From NCBI RefSeq assembly GCF_036321535.1, contig NC_087436.1, positions 83,082,001-83,146,000 of the forward strand: a stretch of 64,000 nt of DNA. The letters run 5' to 3'. Source of the stretch: Camelus dromedarius. Taxonomy: Eukaryota. The translations under genes and the position numbers were made by a program. Of the stretch, positions 63,715-64,000 are shown one piece after another (position 1 is the stretch's first letter; each line of letters starts with the position of its first letter). Below the pieces are notes generated by a model that saw only the letters and a program-made list of their open reading frames with translations, did not search any database and had not been told where the DNA came from.

Positions 63715-64000
63715 TTAAAATTTATTTTGAATTGAAGTGTAGTCAGTTCACAATGTTGTGTCGGTTTCTGGAGTACAGCATAATGTTTCAGTCATACATG
63801 TACATACATATATTCCTTTTCATTATAGGTTACTATAAGATACTGAATATGAGCTATACAGTAGAAACTTGTTGTTTATCTATTTTATTTATAGTAGTTG
63901 TATCTGCAGATTTTGAACTCCCAATTTATCCCTTCCCACCCCCTTTTTCCACTGGTAGCCATAAGTTTGTTTTTATGTCTGTGAGTTTGTTTCTGTTTTG
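63715..64000 (-). mobile_element. Lineage-specific L1 3' end, antisense, runs off the window end
   Basis: Reverse complement aligns by eye with the L1 3' UTR at 9280-9560. Confidence 0.85.

Noticed and set aside
1..64000. CRISPR arrays, rRNA or prokaryotic systems
   Set aside because: Sequence is clearly mammalian; no regularly spaced repeat-spacer array or rRNA-like segment was seen

Overview
Mammalian genomic DNA, probably from a camelid: it carries tRNA-Ala-derived Vic-1-type SINEs and a young L1 3' end. The one intact protein-coding gene is PPM1K (mitochondrial PP2C phosphatase, minus strand). Its six coding exons have canonical GT-AG boundaries and sum to 1119 nt (372 aa). It also has a non-coding exon 1 in a CpG island at about 52 kb and a 3' UTR of about 4 kb. 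A full-length but defective class I (gamma-like) endogenous retrovirus lies at 21656-30688 (+), with both LTRs, a 4-bp AACA target-site duplication (TSD), a tRNA-Thr primer-binding site, and decayed gag, pro-pol and env. It sits between the PPM1K 3' end and a second CpG island (about 20.5-21.3 kb) that, by conserved synteny, is probably an upstream ABCG2 promoter/first exon. The rest is mostly interspersed repeats (L1, L2, MIR, ERVL, LTRs, MER DNA elements). The most unusual observations concern the provirus: (1) a decayed pre-gag reading frame with a second matrix-like motif, (2) a decayed small two-transmembrane frame between integrase and env, (3) an apparently chimeric gag-pol/env, and (4) a 200-bp substitution-free tract shared by otherwise about 12%-diverged LTRs. 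All repeat and family assignments are by eye and need database confirmation.
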